A stretch of 32,000 bases of DNA from Candidatus Synechococcus calcipolaris G9 (GCF_029582805.1 NZ_JAKKUT010000002.1:1886942-1918941); one strand, 5' to 3'. Positions 8,941-19,368 are shown, numbered from the stretch's first letter. Notes: generated by a model from the letters alone, not told the origin. A program made the numbers and translations.

Positions 8941-11737
8941 GTGGTTTTGGCAACGTTTACTGGCGACCGCCTTTAGTGTATTTTTCTGGATTTTTAATGC
9001 CACATTGCTGCTGGTGGCCCTCATTTGCTGGGTATTGCTCGGCCCGGAACTGGTAGTGGATTTTGCCAGGGGCCAACTGCCCTGGGATTTTATGGTTCCC
9101 TTTGTCGGATTTGTCGGGGCACCGGCGATCGCCACGGTGGTTCGATTTCGACAGCGACAGAAAACATCCCTTCGCCTGTTTCATCTTTTTTATGGCATTG
9201 AACTTCCCCTGATTATCCTGGGGCTGGTGCGCTTTTTAATGCTGCGGCAATTGGTTCCGGCCACGGGATTTATGCTGGTGTCCTTACTGCTGGGCATTAG
9301 TGCCTATGGCTACCTTTGCTGGTTGGAGGATCGCGCCCCCTCGCCCTGGCAAAGACGTTTCCAGAAGATCAGTCAGGCTTTTTTAGTGATTCCAGGGGTT
9401 TATTTACTGGCCCTTGCCAGTTTTTATATGCTGCCGATTCTTGGGGCGATCGCCCTTCATTTTCAGGAGATCGTCATCACCCTGCCTTTTTTGCTGCCGG
9501 TTAGTCCCTTTATTCTTTTGGTTTTAGGGCTACTGTCCATGCCTGTGGGCACGGGGGGACTTTATCTATACCACTGGAGTCAAGGTTGGCGTTCCCAGGC
9601 GCAGCCATGGTACAGGTATCTAGGGGGGACAGCGATTCTGGTAGCGGTTTGGCTGAGTTTATTTTGGGGACTACAACAACAGCCCCAGGTTCAAGCCTTT
9701 CAGTTGTTAGAGCAACCGCCCCAAACCCAAGAGGAGCAGGTTGCCCTTTTAGACCAGTCGAATTTGATTCGGCGGGGGTTACTCAATGCCTATTTAATGC
9801 CCTATCGCTATCTGGGAGTAGCCCAAAGTAATGGCACAATTTACTATATCTATCGAGATAACCTCAACTTCAGCGAAGAAGACAGTTTAACCCTGCAAAA
9901 ACTCCACAATCAACTCCTGTCTCCCTTTTTTGCCCAAGGGCCCCCTTTTGGCTCCGGCGATCGCACCGGTCTATCCAGCTATACCCAGGAAGCGGCGGCC
10001 CTCTATGCCAGCTTTTTCGATCACCCGATTCTCCGGGCCGAAGAACAGGCCATTACCGCTGCCCTCGAATCAACCTTTGAACGCCGATCTGCTAAAGCCA
10101 GCCTCGCGGATATTAACCAAGAAAAGGTTCTCCTGGCCAATCAAGACGTGACGCTGAACCCCCAGGGAGATTGGGCAGAAATTACGATCCACGAGGTCTA
10201 TCAAAACCAAACGGCGGAACCCCTTGAAATTCTCTACTACTTCACCTTGCCAGAAAGTGCGGTGATTACTGGTCTGTGGCTAGGGGATACCCCCAACCTG
10301 AGCGATCGCTATGTCTATCAAATTTCCCCCAGGGGAGCGGCCCAACGGGTCTATGCCAACCAAGTGGTACGGCAGGTGGATCCGGCCCTTTTAGAGCAGG
10401 TGGGGCCAGGCAATTATCGGTTGCGGGCCTTTCCCATTCCCCCAAGGGAACTAACCCCATCACTGGGGCGAACCGAGGTGAACACGGGCGATCGCCCTAG
10501 GGAAATGCACCTCTGGCTCACCTATCGTACCCTGGGGACGGCGGCGGGATGGCCCCTGCCCCAACTCAAGGAGCGGCGGAATATCTACTGGAATCGGCAA
10601 ACCCAGCGGAATCTGAATACCCCTAAGGATCAATGGTTTGCCAAGACTATTCCCAATGCTCTGCCCAGTTCTGCACCCAATTCGGCCCATCCCCAAACCC
10701 ATCAAATTCAATTAACGGATACCGTGGCGATCGCCGCCACCCCACTCCCAGATGGCCCCCCCACCCTGCCAGAGAATAAAACCTTTGCCTTGATTTTAGA
10801 TACCTCCCGGAGTATGCAGGAGCAACAATCAGCCCTCCGTCAGGAATGGCAATGGTTAGCAGAGCACTTGGGCCCCAGCAATCGTTTTGATCTGTATCTG
10901 GCGCGGGCATCGGCCCTAGAGCCAGTCCGCCAGGATGATATTTCCCTGGCAGACCCACCCGACCTTCTGTTCTATGGCAGTCTCCAACCCATGGAAATGA
11001 TTCAACAGTTTGTGGAACTACACCAAAACCAGGCCTATGATGCTATTTTTCTCGTCAGTGATGGTACGACCTACGAACTATCCCAAAACCTTGAGCCGGA
11101 CTTAACCGTTGAGGCTCCCCTCTGGTTTGTTTCCCTAGGTGGACTCCCCATTGCCTTTGATGATCCGAGTCAGGAGATGCTGCAAAATAGTGGCGGCGGC
11201 GCAACCACAACCCTAGGAGAAGCGGTTCAACGTTGGCAGGTACAAGCTACCCCCTCCACCACCAATGCCGTAAATATTAATTGGGTCGATGGCTATCTTT
11301 GGCAACGGATCAACCTCAATGGTGCCGTACTATCCCCGTCCCCCCAGGGCGAATTAAGCAAAGGATTTATGCCCTTAGCGGCGCGACAATGGGTTCAATA
11401 TTTGGGTCAACACCAACAGGCGCAAACTCAGGAACAGTTAGATGCTATTCATGAACTCGCCCAAACCTATTCCATGGTGACTCCCTACTCCTCCATGATT
11501 GTCCTAGTCAATGATCAACAACGCCAAGAGTTAGCTGCCGCAGAACAACAGGGCGATCGCTTTGACCGGGCCATTGAAGATCAGCAACCCCTTCAATCCC
11601 CTAATTTGGAAAGCTCCACCTCGGAACTTGCCCCAGATTCTATTATTAGCGGTGTTCCTGAACCCCCCTTGGTCATCCTAGTGGGCGCGGCAATTTGCCT
11701 GGGGATTGGTGGTATAGTCAACAGGCGAAGCTCCTAA
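8933..11737 (+). CDS. TIGR02921-type PEP-CTERM-like integral membrane protein with VIT/vWA-like region
   Basis: 934 aa; N-terminal multi-TM region, VIT-like region (VTLNPQGDWAEITIHEVYQNQTAEPLEILYYFTLPESAVITGLWLG), vWA-like FALILDTSRSMQ, C-terminal VPEPPLVILVGAAICLGIGGIVNRRSS. Overlaps the exosortase by 8 bp. Confidence 0.8.
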   Translation: MGRWFWQRLLATAFSVFFWIFNATLLLVALICWVLLGPELVVDFARGQLPWDFMVPFVGFVGAPAIATVVRFRQRQKTSLRLFHLFYGIELPLIILGLVRFLMLRQLVPATGFMLVSLLLGISAYGYLCWLEDRAPSPWQRRFQKISQAFLVIPGVYLLALASFYMLPILGAIALHFQEIVITLPFLLPVSPFILLVLGLLSMPVGTGGLYLYHWSQGWRSQAQPWYRYLGGTAILVAVWLSLFWGLQQQPQVQAFQLLEQPPQTQEEQVALLDQSNLIRRGLLNAYLMPYRYLGVAQSNGTIYYIYRDNLNFSEEDSLTLQKLHNQLLSPFFAQGPPFGSGDRTGLSSYTQEAAALYASFFDHPILRAEEQAITAALESTFERRSAKASLADINQEKVLLANQDVTLNPQGDWAEITIHEVYQNQTAEPLEILYYFTLPESAVITGLWLGDTPNLSDRYVYQISPRGAAQRVYANQVVRQVDPALLEQVGPGNYRLRAFPIPPRELTPSLGRTEVNTGDRPREMHLWLTYRTLGTAAGWPLPQLKERRNIYWNRQTQRNLNTPKDQWFAKTIPNALPSSAPNSAHPQTHQIQLTDTVAIAATPLPDGPPTLPENKTFALILDTSRSMQEQQSALRQEWQWLAEHLGPSNRFDLYLARASALEPVRQDDISLADPPDLLFYGSLQPMEMIQQFVELHQNQAYDAIFLVSDGTTYELSQNLEPDLTVEAPLWFVSLGGLPIAFDDPSQEMLQNSGGGATTTLGEAVQRWQVQATPSTTNAVNINWVDGYLWQRINLNGAVLSPSPQGELSKGFMPLAARQWVQYLGQHQQAQTQEQLDAIHELAQTYSMVTPYSSMIVLVNDQQRQELAAAEQQGDRFDRAIEDQQPLQSPNLESSTSELAPDSIISGVPEPPLVILVGAAICLGIGGIVNRRSS

Positions 11738-11854
11738 CCGTTCCAGATTGGGGTTTTACAATGCTTAGCACTAACCTATTTCGGTCAGCATGCCCTACGC
11801 CAAAATATTTGAACTGGCATTCTCATGACGGCTGTTCAGAAGGGGAATATCTAA

Positions 11855-12607
11855 ATGCCTGTTAACTTTGATACCATCATCAGTACCTCAAGTTCTGAAG
11901 AAAACTTTTTGCAAATCTTTCAAGATGAGATCGCCCAACAAGCCCAGCTATTTCTTGAAGCTCATCGCACAATTTTAACAGCCTGCTACAGAAATCCAGG
12001 GCTTTCTCCTGCCCTGAAAGCTCATGCACCCGAAATGCTAGCTAAAGCTTGGTTGAAAAGGTATAGCGATAGCTATGAAAATCGAATTTCAAAAAGAATC
12101 TCACAACCACCAGGAACAGTCGCTGATCCAATTGTCAGTACAATCATCAATGCTCGATTGACAGGGCTAACAGCAGAGCATCTTGGGCAAATCAAATACG
12201 CCCACAGGCTATCAATGTCGGCAGAAAATATTCAAGGATTACTACTAGAGGAGTTTTTGGCTGAGCAACTTGCCGATTATGGTTGGTATTGCTGTTGGGG
12301 AGAATCCATTCGCCATGTAGATTTTTGCAATATCGATGGTTCTCTCTTACAGATCAAGAACCGTAGCAACTCAGAAAATAGTTCATCTTCCAGAGTGAGA
12401 ATTAACCAGCCGATTGAAAAATGGTACAGAGTTGATGCCAGAACAGGTTTCTATCGATGGTCTTATTTTAACGAAAAGTACGAAACGGATCGATTCTCCG
12501 AAGAAAATTTTGTTGTTTTTGTTCGACAGGTTTTACTCAATAACCCAAATGCCTTAGCTGTAGAAACGAACAATCCTTGGCAAGATTTATCTGATCCATC
12601 AAACTAA
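11855..12607 (+). CDS. Type II restriction endonuclease, SinI/AvaII-like
   Basis: HRLSMSAENIQGLLLEEFLAEQLADYGWYCCWGESIRHVDFCNIDGSLLQIKNRSNSENSSSSRVR matches the recalled SinI family pattern; adjacent to a C5 methyltransferase. Confidence 0.7.
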   Translation: MPVNFDTIISTSSSEENFLQIFQDEIAQQAQLFLEAHRTILTACYRNPGLSPALKAHAPEMLAKAWLKRYSDSYENRISKRISQPPGTVADPIVSTIINARLTGLTAEHLGQIKYAHRLSMSAENIQGLLLEEFLAEQLADYGWYCCWGESIRHVDFCNIDGSLLQIKNRSNSENSSSSRVRINQPIEKWYRVDARTGFYRWSYFNEKYETDRFSEENFVVFVRQVLLNNPNALAVETNNPWQDLSDPSN

Positions 12608-14029
12608 GTTCAAAGATAACTGTTTTTCTGATGACTCTTCAAGATAACCAAAAGTATCAATTGACCAACTGACATCATCAGTCTTGTGGTATCGAGAATA
12701 GGGAAAATCTGAGTAAATGATCGGCACTTCGCCCTTTAAGTGAGTCAACAACATCCTAGCGATCGCTCTTCCTAAAGAGCAGGGTACTGCATTTCCAACT
12801 TGTCGATATTGATCGAGTAACGTACCTGTGATAATCCAATCATCGGGAAATTCTTGAATACGCTTATATTCCTCAATGCTGAGGGGTCTATCTTCTTCTG
12901 GATGTGCTAGATCGGTTGCAGGCATAGCTGGATGGGTTACTAACGTCGGGGCAGGTTTATCCCAAGCTAGCCTTCGGTAAAAACCAGTTTTTCCCCCTCC
13001 TGCATGATAAGAAGCCCCTAAAGCTTCTTGGTGCAACTCTTTCGGTAAATCCCGCCAATATTGCCCAGGCTTCAGAAGTCTGTAATATTTGAGCCGTTTT
13101 TCAGGAAACTTAACAAAATGGTGTCCATTTTTTGGAAGACCTTCCAACGCTTCTCGTAGAGTTCTCCATCTTGGAAGATCATATAAACTCTTCTCTGAGT
13201 GGGTCGGTGTGAGATAGGGAAGCTTTTTCCCATCACGACTACAAGCAAGAATAACCCTTTCCCGTTGTTGTGGCGATCCAAAATTAGCAGAGTTATATAG
13301 ATTAAAAGAAATGCTATATCCTGCCTCTCTCAGCCTTTGCGTAATAAAGAGCAATGCACCTCCTCTTTGTTCATCCTGAGACAAGGTTGGGAAATTCCTC
13401 CCTCTCATTTCATGAGGTCTATGCTTCAACGGAGCGGACAATAATCCTCGAACATTTTCAATAACTGCAAATCTAGGTTTAAGTTCAGTGATTAAATCAA
13501 TGAACGTCAAGAAAACATTGCCTCGCTCATCATTGAATCCTTGCCGCTTCCCTGCACTGCTAAAGGCTTGGCATGGCGGCCCGCCAACGATTACGTCAAT
13601 CTCGTCAGTCGAACTCAATCCCGCTTTTTCTCGAATTTCTGTGGCCGAGTAATCCCTAATGTCCCCAATCAGTGCCACATCAGGTCGATTTATCTCAATG
13701 GTTTTTCGGGCGGCCGTGTCAATTTCGCAAGCAAGCAGCACTTGGATACCTTCCTTTTCTAGTCCCAAGTCCAAACCCATACAGCCAGAAAAAAAACTTA
13801 GGGCTTTGAGATCAGGCTTACTAAATGAGCGTCGCCCATGATCAGGAACACTTAAACTTTCATCTTCTCCCTTGATGCGGTAGTTCTGAACAGACTCTGA
13901 TGCCACAATCCAACGACTGCTAATCCTCTCTCCGCTGATTTCGCCATACCGGAGCAACTGGCGAACATATTGCTCCGAGCAGTTTAGAATTTCAGAAGTT
14001 TCTTTCACAGAGAGGTATTGGTCAGCCAT
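12599..14029 (-). CDS. DNA (cytosine-5)-methyltransferase with N-terminal helix-turn-helix domain
   Basis: MADQYLSVKETSEILNCSEQYVRQLLRYGEISGERISSRWIV (excisionase-like HTH), then LSFFSGCMGLDLGLE, VGGPPCQAFSSAGKR, FAVIENVRGLL, GSPQQRERV, RQVGNAVP motifs. Confidence 0.93.
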   Translation of the reverse strand: MADQYLSVKETSEILNCSEQYVRQLLRYGEISGERISSRWIVASESVQNYRIKGEDESLSVPDHGRRSFSKPDLKALSFFSGCMGLDLGLEKEGIQVLLACEIDTAARKTIEINRPDVALIGDIRDYSATEIREKAGLSSTDEIDVIVGGPPCQAFSSAGKRQGFNDERGNVFLTFIDLITELKPRFAVIENVRGLLSAPLKHRPHEMRGRNFPTLSQDEQRGGALLFITQRLREAGYSISFNLYNSANFGSPQQRERVILACSRDGKKLPYLTPTHSEKSLYDLPRWRTLREALEGLPKNGHHFVKFPEKRLKYYRLLKPGQYWRDLPKELHQEALGASYHAGGGKTGFYRRLAWDKPAPTLVTHPAMPATDLAHPEEDRPLSIEEYKRIQEFPDDWIITGTLLDQYRQVGNAVPCSLGRAIARMLLTHLKGEVPIIYSDFPYSRYHKTDDVSWSIDTFGYLEESSEKQLSLNLV

Positions 14030-14143
14030 GATTTCGGATGCGAAACTAAAATCAGGTACCCATATTACTGCTGAAGCAGTACACTTACAAGCTTTGTGAA
14101 CAAATGTTTTTATGCTGCCGTTGGGCCTAAAAGGGCGATCGCC

Positions 14144-15247
14144 CTATATCCCATTAATCCCATTAGTGTTGGTTAGGCTTCCCGATAAATACTCCGCTGC
14201 CGCCTCGACGATGGGAATAATCCGGCCGTAGGGCATACGGGTGGGGCCCAGGATGCCAATACTACCGACGGGGGTGTCACCGCGCTTATAACTGGAATAG
14301 ACCAGGGTACAGGCCCGCATTGGCTCCAGGGGATTTTCCGCGCCAATGCGAATGGTGATCGGGGCATCGGGGGAATGGTAAATAAGGGGGTAGAGTTGAT
14401 CTTGTTGATCCTCTAGGAGATGGATCAGCATTTGTACCTGTTGCAGGTGGGAGAACTCCGGCTGTTGTAGGACTTCTGAGAGACCACTCATGACAAGGGA
14501 GCCGCTGTCACTAAAGGGACTGGGTTCACTGAGTTCGACGAGTAGGTTTTGCAGTAGGCGGGCAAACTGTTGAAATTCCCGATCCATATCCTGCCAATCC
14601 AAGGTAGATAGATCCGCCAAAGAGCGGCCCTGGAGGTGGTGATTGAGAAAATTTGAGAGAACATTCAGGATGCGATCGAGCATAGCTTCATCGGGTTCAG
14701 CAGCGTCGGCAGCATCAGTATTTTGGAGTTGCTCTAGGGGAAGATCAAAAACAGCGGACTGGGTTTCATAGTTATCGGTAACAACAATGACCATGATCCG
14801 GGTCGGGGCGATCGCCACCAATTTGATGAAGCGAATCTGACGACCCAGGGTGGCGGGTAGGGTAATCAGGGTAATGCAGCCACTCAAGTCCGAGAGTAGT
14901 TGGGCAGCTTGGCGCAGGATGGTTTCTAGGCGATAGCGGCCCCACTCTAAATGACGATTTAAGAGATGCTCCACCTGTTGGGCAACGTCGGGAGCAGGCT
15001 GGACTAAATGATCAACATAGATACGATAGCCGGAGTCGGAGGGGATACGGCCCGCAGAGGTATGGGGTTGGTATAACAGGCCGCCTTTTTCCAGGACAGC
15101 CATAATATTGCGAATCGTGGCAGAACTAACATTTAGGTTGTATTCTCCTGCCAAGACCTTGGAGCCAACGGGTTCAGCGGTGGCAATGTAATGATTGATC
15201 GTTGCCCAGAGAACGTGTTTTTGCCGTTTATTGAGATGAATCTCCAT
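14144..15247 (-). CDS. hrcA: Heat-inducible transcription repressor HrcA
   Basis: MEIHLNKRQKHVLWATINHYIATAEPVGSKVLAGEYNLNVSSATIRNIMAVLEKGGLLYQPHTSAGRIPSDSGYRIYVDHL; the ORF track extends 4 codons upstream to 15259. Confidence 0.95.
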   Translation of the reverse strand: MEIHLNKRQKHVLWATINHYIATAEPVGSKVLAGEYNLNVSSATIRNIMAVLEKGGLLYQPHTSAGRIPSDSGYRIYVDHLVQPAPDVAQQVEHLLNRHLEWGRYRLETILRQAAQLLSDLSGCITLITLPATLGRQIRFIKLVAIAPTRIMVIVVTDNYETQSAVFDLPLEQLQNTDAADAAEPDEAMLDRILNVLSNFLNHHLQGRSLADLSTLDWQDMDREFQQFARLLQNLLVELSEPSPFSDSGSLVMSGLSEVLQQPEFSHLQQVQMLIHLLEDQQDQLYPLIYHSPDAPITIRIGAENPLEPMRACTLVYSSYKRGDTPVGSIGILGPTRMPYGRIIPIVEAAAEYLSGSLTNTNGINGI

Positions 15248-15395
15248 ACCTTCTAACATCCCAACCCTTTAGATGAGCAGATGGGCCAATGGCAGCCTAT
15301 TTAATGAAACTTAATGCAACCTCACTCTAGCCAAAATTGCTGGGAGGTTCTCTTACTGTACATTTCTTTACGCATAAATATTTGCTTTGCCAACT

Positions 15396-16901
15396 TTACC
15401 AATTGAGTAAGCTCTTTAGCTTTTGCCGTAGTCGGGAAATGGCGTTGGGATACTCCGTATCATTTTCTTGGCTTAAATCCTGTTGATACTGAGATAGAAT
15501 CTCTTGCCGCTCGGCGATCGCCTGGGCAACATCCTCCCCAAGGAAGGGATGCTCCGTGAGCAGTTGGGCAAATCCTTTTTGCTCAAGCATAAATAGCACC
15601 GTTTCGGCCATGGCTTTCATGGTGGTCGGATAGGGAACCCCTAACATCAGCGGAATTTCGCCAAAGTAATCCCCCGGTTCAAAGACAAACACGGGCACAT
15701 TTTCGAGACGATTTTCCGAGAATGCCGCCACTTTACCCCCAAGGACAATACAAAACGTATTGGCCCGTTCCCCCTGCTGAAATAGCGTTTCTCCCTTGGC
15801 TAACTGCTTACGGCAGCCCATTTCAATCAGGGAGCGAAGTTGTAAATCATTTAAGCAATGAAAATAGCTAACGTTTTGTAGTAAGCTCCGTAAACTGGTC
15901 TGGGGGGCCCGGGGAAAGGCTGGAGGTGACGGTAATGGATCCGTTGATGGTTCTGTTCCTGGGTTGGGGGAGGCAGGTAATTTGGGTGGGTTCCGGTACC
16001 ACAGATCCACCTGAGGAAAGGGAATTTCAATTCCATGTTGACGAAAAGTGTACTCAATTTTGAAATTCAAATCACTTCTAATCACAATGCGGCGATCGAT
16101 GGCATCCACCCAAATCCACAGTTCAAAATCCAGGGAGGAGTCACCAAAGCCTTGGAAAATAACCCGTGGTGGCGGATCATGTAAGACATGGGGAGCAGAA
16201 TGGGCCAGATTGAGGAGGACTTCCGTCACTAGCACCGGATCACTGCCGTAGGCCACACCAACGGGAAGATCAATGCGTCCATGACAATTACTGTAGTTCC
16301 AGTTGGTGACTTGATTATCCGCTAGATTCACATTGGGAACGAGAACCTCAGCCCCCTGAAAAGTACGAATGACGGTGGAACGAATCGAAATCTCGGAAAT
16401 GTAGCCGGCAATCTGATCCATTTCAATAAAATCACCGACTTTGACTTTCCGCTCAATTAACAGAATCAGTCCACTGATCAGGTTACGGGTTACGTCCTGT
16501 AGACCAAAACCAATCCCTACTCCTAGACCCCCCACAATCACCGCTAGGGACGCTAAATCAATGCCCACTGCCTGGAGGACAATCACATAACCAAAGGCCC
16601 CAATGACAAAACTCATTAAGGTGGCGATCGCTTCTCGAGTTCCCGTATCTAAACGGAGTTTGATCAAAACATGCGTTTTCAGCATTCGTTTAATCATGCG
16701 GACTGCTAGGGTTACTAACAGGAGCAACACCAAGACTTCAACAATCCAACCCAGGGTTACGGTTTCTGTGCCTAGGGTAAATAGGGGTCGGTTAAAGGTT
16801 TCCTGGAGCCATTGCCAAATTCGAGCAGGGGTTTCCGTAATCAAAAAAAGGACATTTAACATAGAAAATTCAAAGAGTTCAACATTTATCTCAGGAGTCA
16901 A
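15396..16901 (-). CDS. MscS-family mechanosensitive channel with C-terminal cyclic-nucleotide-binding-like domain
   Basis: VGGLGVGIGFGLQDVTRNLISGLILLIERKVKVGDFIEMDQIAGYISEISIRSTVIRTFQGAEVLVPN (MscS) and GETLFQQGERANTFCIVLGGKVAAFSE...PGDYFGEIPLMLGVPYPTTMKAMAETVLFML (cNMP-like). Confidence 0.92.
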   Translation of the reverse strand: MTPEINVELFEFSMLNVLFLITETPARIWQWLQETFNRPLFTLGTETVTLGWIVEVLVLLLLVTLAVRMIKRMLKTHVLIKLRLDTGTREAIATLMSFVIGAFGYVIVLQAVGIDLASLAVIVGGLGVGIGFGLQDVTRNLISGLILLIERKVKVGDFIEMDQIAGYISEISIRSTVIRTFQGAEVLVPNVNLADNQVTNWNYSNCHGRIDLPVGVAYGSDPVLVTEVLLNLAHSAPHVLHDPPPRVIFQGFGDSSLDFELWIWVDAIDRRIVIRSDLNFKIEYTFRQHGIEIPFPQVDLWYRNPPKLPASPNPGTEPSTDPLPSPPAFPRAPQTSLRSLLQNVSYFHCLNDLQLRSLIEMGCRKQLAKGETLFQQGERANTFCIVLGGKVAAFSENRLENVPVFVFEPGDYFGEIPLMLGVPYPTTMKAMAETVLFMLEQKGFAQLLTEHPFLGEDVAQAIAERQEILSQYQQDLSQENDTEYPNAISRLRQKLKSLLNW

Positions 16902-17370
16902 TCTTCGGTGCTGCCTGGCGGGTTTTTGCTTGACGCTGTTGGATCATCCTATCAATGGATATTCGATTAAACCCATGACCGGCCAGCAAAATGAAAAAGA
17001 CGAGGCAATAGACCAGTTGACTGGTGGCGGTTGTCCAGTTTTGCAACAATGTAATACCATACATCAACATTGCCATCAGAGAGAAACCCGCAATCAGGGC
17101 CGGGCGGGTGGCCAACCCCAGAGTGATACAAAAACCACTGATCAGTTCAATGATGGGCACAAATAGGGCAGGGCCCCAAACCAAGGCATCGGGCAAAAAG
17201 GAATCCGCCTCTCGGAAGAGTTCCACCATGGAGTCGGCAAACCCCGGAATATTTCCCAGGCGGACAAAACCATGATTAAAAAAGTTAAGACCCAGGACAA
17301 TCCGCAGTAGGGTATAGGCTAAAACAATATCCCGTGGCCGCAATCTGGGTTGACCGAAACGTTGAGTCAT
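16891..17370 (-). CDS. DoxX family membrane protein
   Basis: LLRIVLGLNFFNHGFVRLGNIPGFADSMVELF...ELISGFCITLGLATRPALIAGFSLMAMLMYGITLLQNW; 11 bp overlap with the mscS-like gene. Confidence 0.8.
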   Translation of the reverse strand: MTQRFGQPRLRPRDIVLAYTLLRIVLGLNFFNHGFVRLGNIPGFADSMVELFREADSFLPDALVWGPALFVPIIELISGFCITLGLATRPALIAGFSLMAMLMYGITLLQNWTTATSQLVYCLVFFILLAGHGFNRISIDRMIQQRQAKTRQAAPKIDS

Positions 17371-17632
17371 TGTGGTGGCTCCCCCATATCGAATTTTTGT
17401 AAAGACTCGTCAGCTTCACTTTACCGCCTTCACTGAAGACGTAACATTTTGCCGGAGATCGCCGGCCACAAATGCCCAAATTAAGCTACACTTCTTAATG
17501 AGAATCTTTTGCATTGATCTTGTCAATGGTTAAATCGGTTGAATCATTTAACTGATATAGATCAACCAAGAAACGTAAAGATTCCCTTGACCTGTTGCCT
17601 CTGAGTCTTTAGGGGAGGAGTAACGTCTATTC

Positions 17633-18694
17633 ATGGTGGCCACCGCGATCGCAACATCCACAATCCTGCAAGTAGAGCAGGTTAGTAAAGCCTTTGGTGA
17701 TTTCCAAGCCCTGACGTCCGTTAGTCTAGACCTCCAGCGAGGTGAAATTCTTGGATTACTGGGCCCCTCCGGCTGTGGCAAAACTACCCTTTTACGCTTG
17801 ATTGCGGGTTTAGAGCGGCCCGATAGTGGCAGGATGATCATGGGCGATCGCATTATCTCAGATACCCATACCTATATTCCGCCGGAACACCGCCGTTTAG
17901 GGATGGTCTTTCAGGATTTTGCCCTCTTCCCCCATTTAACCATTGCCCAAAATATCGCTTTTGGCTTGCAGCAACAACGACTGAAGCCCTCAATTATTCG
18001 GGAGCAGGTGGCAGCGGTCTTGGGGTTGGTGCGTCTTCAGGGATTGGAGAAGCGTTATCCCCATGAACTATCGGGGGGGCAGCAACAGCGGGTGGCCCTG
18101 GCCCGGGCCCTAGCTCCCCAACCGGATTTAATTTTATTAGATGAACCCCTCAGTAATTTAGATGCCCAAGTACGGCTGGAATTGCGGGAAGAGTTGCGGG
18201 CAATTTTGAAACGGGCCGGAATCACCACCATTTTTGTTACCCATGATCAAGAAGAAGCCCTGAGTATGTCCGATCGCCTTGCGGTCATGCGCCAAGGGAA
18301 GGTGGAGCAGTTGGGAACCCCGGAGGATATCTATCGCTATCCGGCATCCCGCTTTGTGGCGGGGTTTGTTAGTCAGGCTAATTTTATCCCTGCCGCCGTT
18401 GAGGGCGATCTCCTTCAAACGGATGTGGGGGCGTTTTGCCTATTAACAGAAGCACCGGGTCAGCGGGGGGAAGTAATGATTCGGGAAGAGGATATGGTCT
18501 TGGAAGCCAATGAGGAGACGGGCCTGATCATTGCCGATCGCCAATTTTTGGGCCGGGAATATCGCTATTGTCTAGCCACACCCTCTGGCCAAGAACTCCA
18601 TGCCCGTTTACCCGTTGAATTTTCGTTTCCGGTGGGTACATCCGTGCAAATTTCGGCGGCGGCGGATGCGGTGCGCTTTTTTCCCGTAGATTAG
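17633..18694 (+). CDS. ABC transporter ATP-binding protein (PotA/FbpC/FutC-like)
   Basis: Walker A GPSGCGKTT, signature LSGGQQQRVALARAL, Walker B LILLDEPLSNLD, H-loop VTHDQEEAL, C-terminal TOBE-like region. Confidence 0.93.
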   Translation: MVATAIATSTILQVEQVSKAFGDFQALTSVSLDLQRGEILGLLGPSGCGKTTLLRLIAGLERPDSGRMIMGDRIISDTHTYIPPEHRRLGMVFQDFALFPHLTIAQNIAFGLQQQRLKPSIIREQVAAVLGLVRLQGLEKRYPHELSGGQQQRVALARALAPQPDLILLDEPLSNLDAQVRLELREELRAILKRAGITTIFVTHDQEEALSMSDRLAVMRQGKVEQLGTPEDIYRYPASRFVAGFVSQANFIPAAVEGDLLQTDVGAFCLLTEAPGQRGEVMIREEDMVLEANEETGLIIADRQFLGREYRYCLATPSGQELHARLPVEFSFPVGTSVQISAAADAVRFFPVD

Positions 18695-18708
18695 ATTAAC
18701 TTACCCAA

Positions 18709-19368
18709 ATGGTTGCCAAAGCCAACGTTCACCCTGCTGATGCGGCCAGAGCCAAGCTGATGGGCCAACACCTGCAAGATCGCCTTGGGGACGTAGGGAT
18801 TCACTATCGTACCCAACTTCAGCAGCGGGGGTTTAGTCGTCGTCAGGTACAGCGGATCTATCAGGGGGAAATAGAGTCCCTTCGCCTAGAGACCCTCACC
18901 GCCCTAGCCAAGCTCTTTGATCTATCGGCTTGGCAACTCTTGCAGGAACTTGAAGCCGTTGCTATCTCCACCAACCCCCAGGGGCGATCGCCCCACTTGG
19001 ACGTAGAACCATCCTCAGAAACTTTCCTACGGCAAACCATCCAACGCCAAGCCCTAGAGACCCTAGAATCATTTTTGCGCTTTTGGCCCACCGCCGCCTA
19101 TGCCGCCCAACAAAATCCAACGGCTCCAGCGGTAAAACTCTTACCTCTGATAAAACCCGTGATGACGCTGCTATCGGATTGGGATGTGAGGGCGATCGCC
19201 GAGGTGGGGGCTTGGGTCAACTTTGATCCAACACTGCACCAAAGTGGAGTCCCCGATCTTCCCCCAGGTACAACAGTGCGAGTTACCCATCAGGGCTATG
19301 TGTGGGGAAATCCACCCCGATTACTGTTTCGGGCCCAAGTGGTGCCTGGGCAAAACAATAGTCCCTAA
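18709..19368 (+). CDS. Hypothetical protein with N-terminal HTH-like region
   Basis: 219 aa; [50 protein letters not shown] resembles an XRE-type HTH; 15 bp after the ABC gene. Confidence 0.5.
   Translation: MVAKANVHPADAARAKLMGQHLQDRLGDVGIHYRTQLQQRGFSRRQVQRIYQGEIESLRLETLTALAKLFDLSAWQLLQELEAVAISTNPQGRSPHLDVEPSSETFLRQTIQRQALETLESFLRFWPTAAYAAQQNPTAPAVKLLPLIKPVMTLLSDWDVRAIAEVGAWVNFDPTLHQSGVPDLPPGTTVRVTHQGYVWGNPPRLLFRAQVVPGQNNSP

Noticed and set aside
10266-10958. Minus-strand ORFs within the 934 aa membrane protein gene
   Set aside because: Antisense to a strongly supported CDS; low-complexity Gly/Pro-rich translations.
12600-12720. Possible attC near the end of the restriction endonuclease gene, to test whether the R-M genes are a cassette
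   Set aside because: No RYYYAAC/GTTRRRY pair with inner complementary arms was visible, and the genes are convergent, unlike a cassette.
14130-14146. AGGGCGATCGCCCT palindrome between hrcA and the methyltransferase considered as a terminator or operator
   Set aside because: It is an extended HIP1 octamer, common throughout this genome; there is no T-tract.
15248-15395. Search for a CIRCE element (TTAGCACTC-N9-GAGTGCTAA) upstream of hrcA
   Set aside because: Not present in this interval; HrcA targets must be elsewhere.
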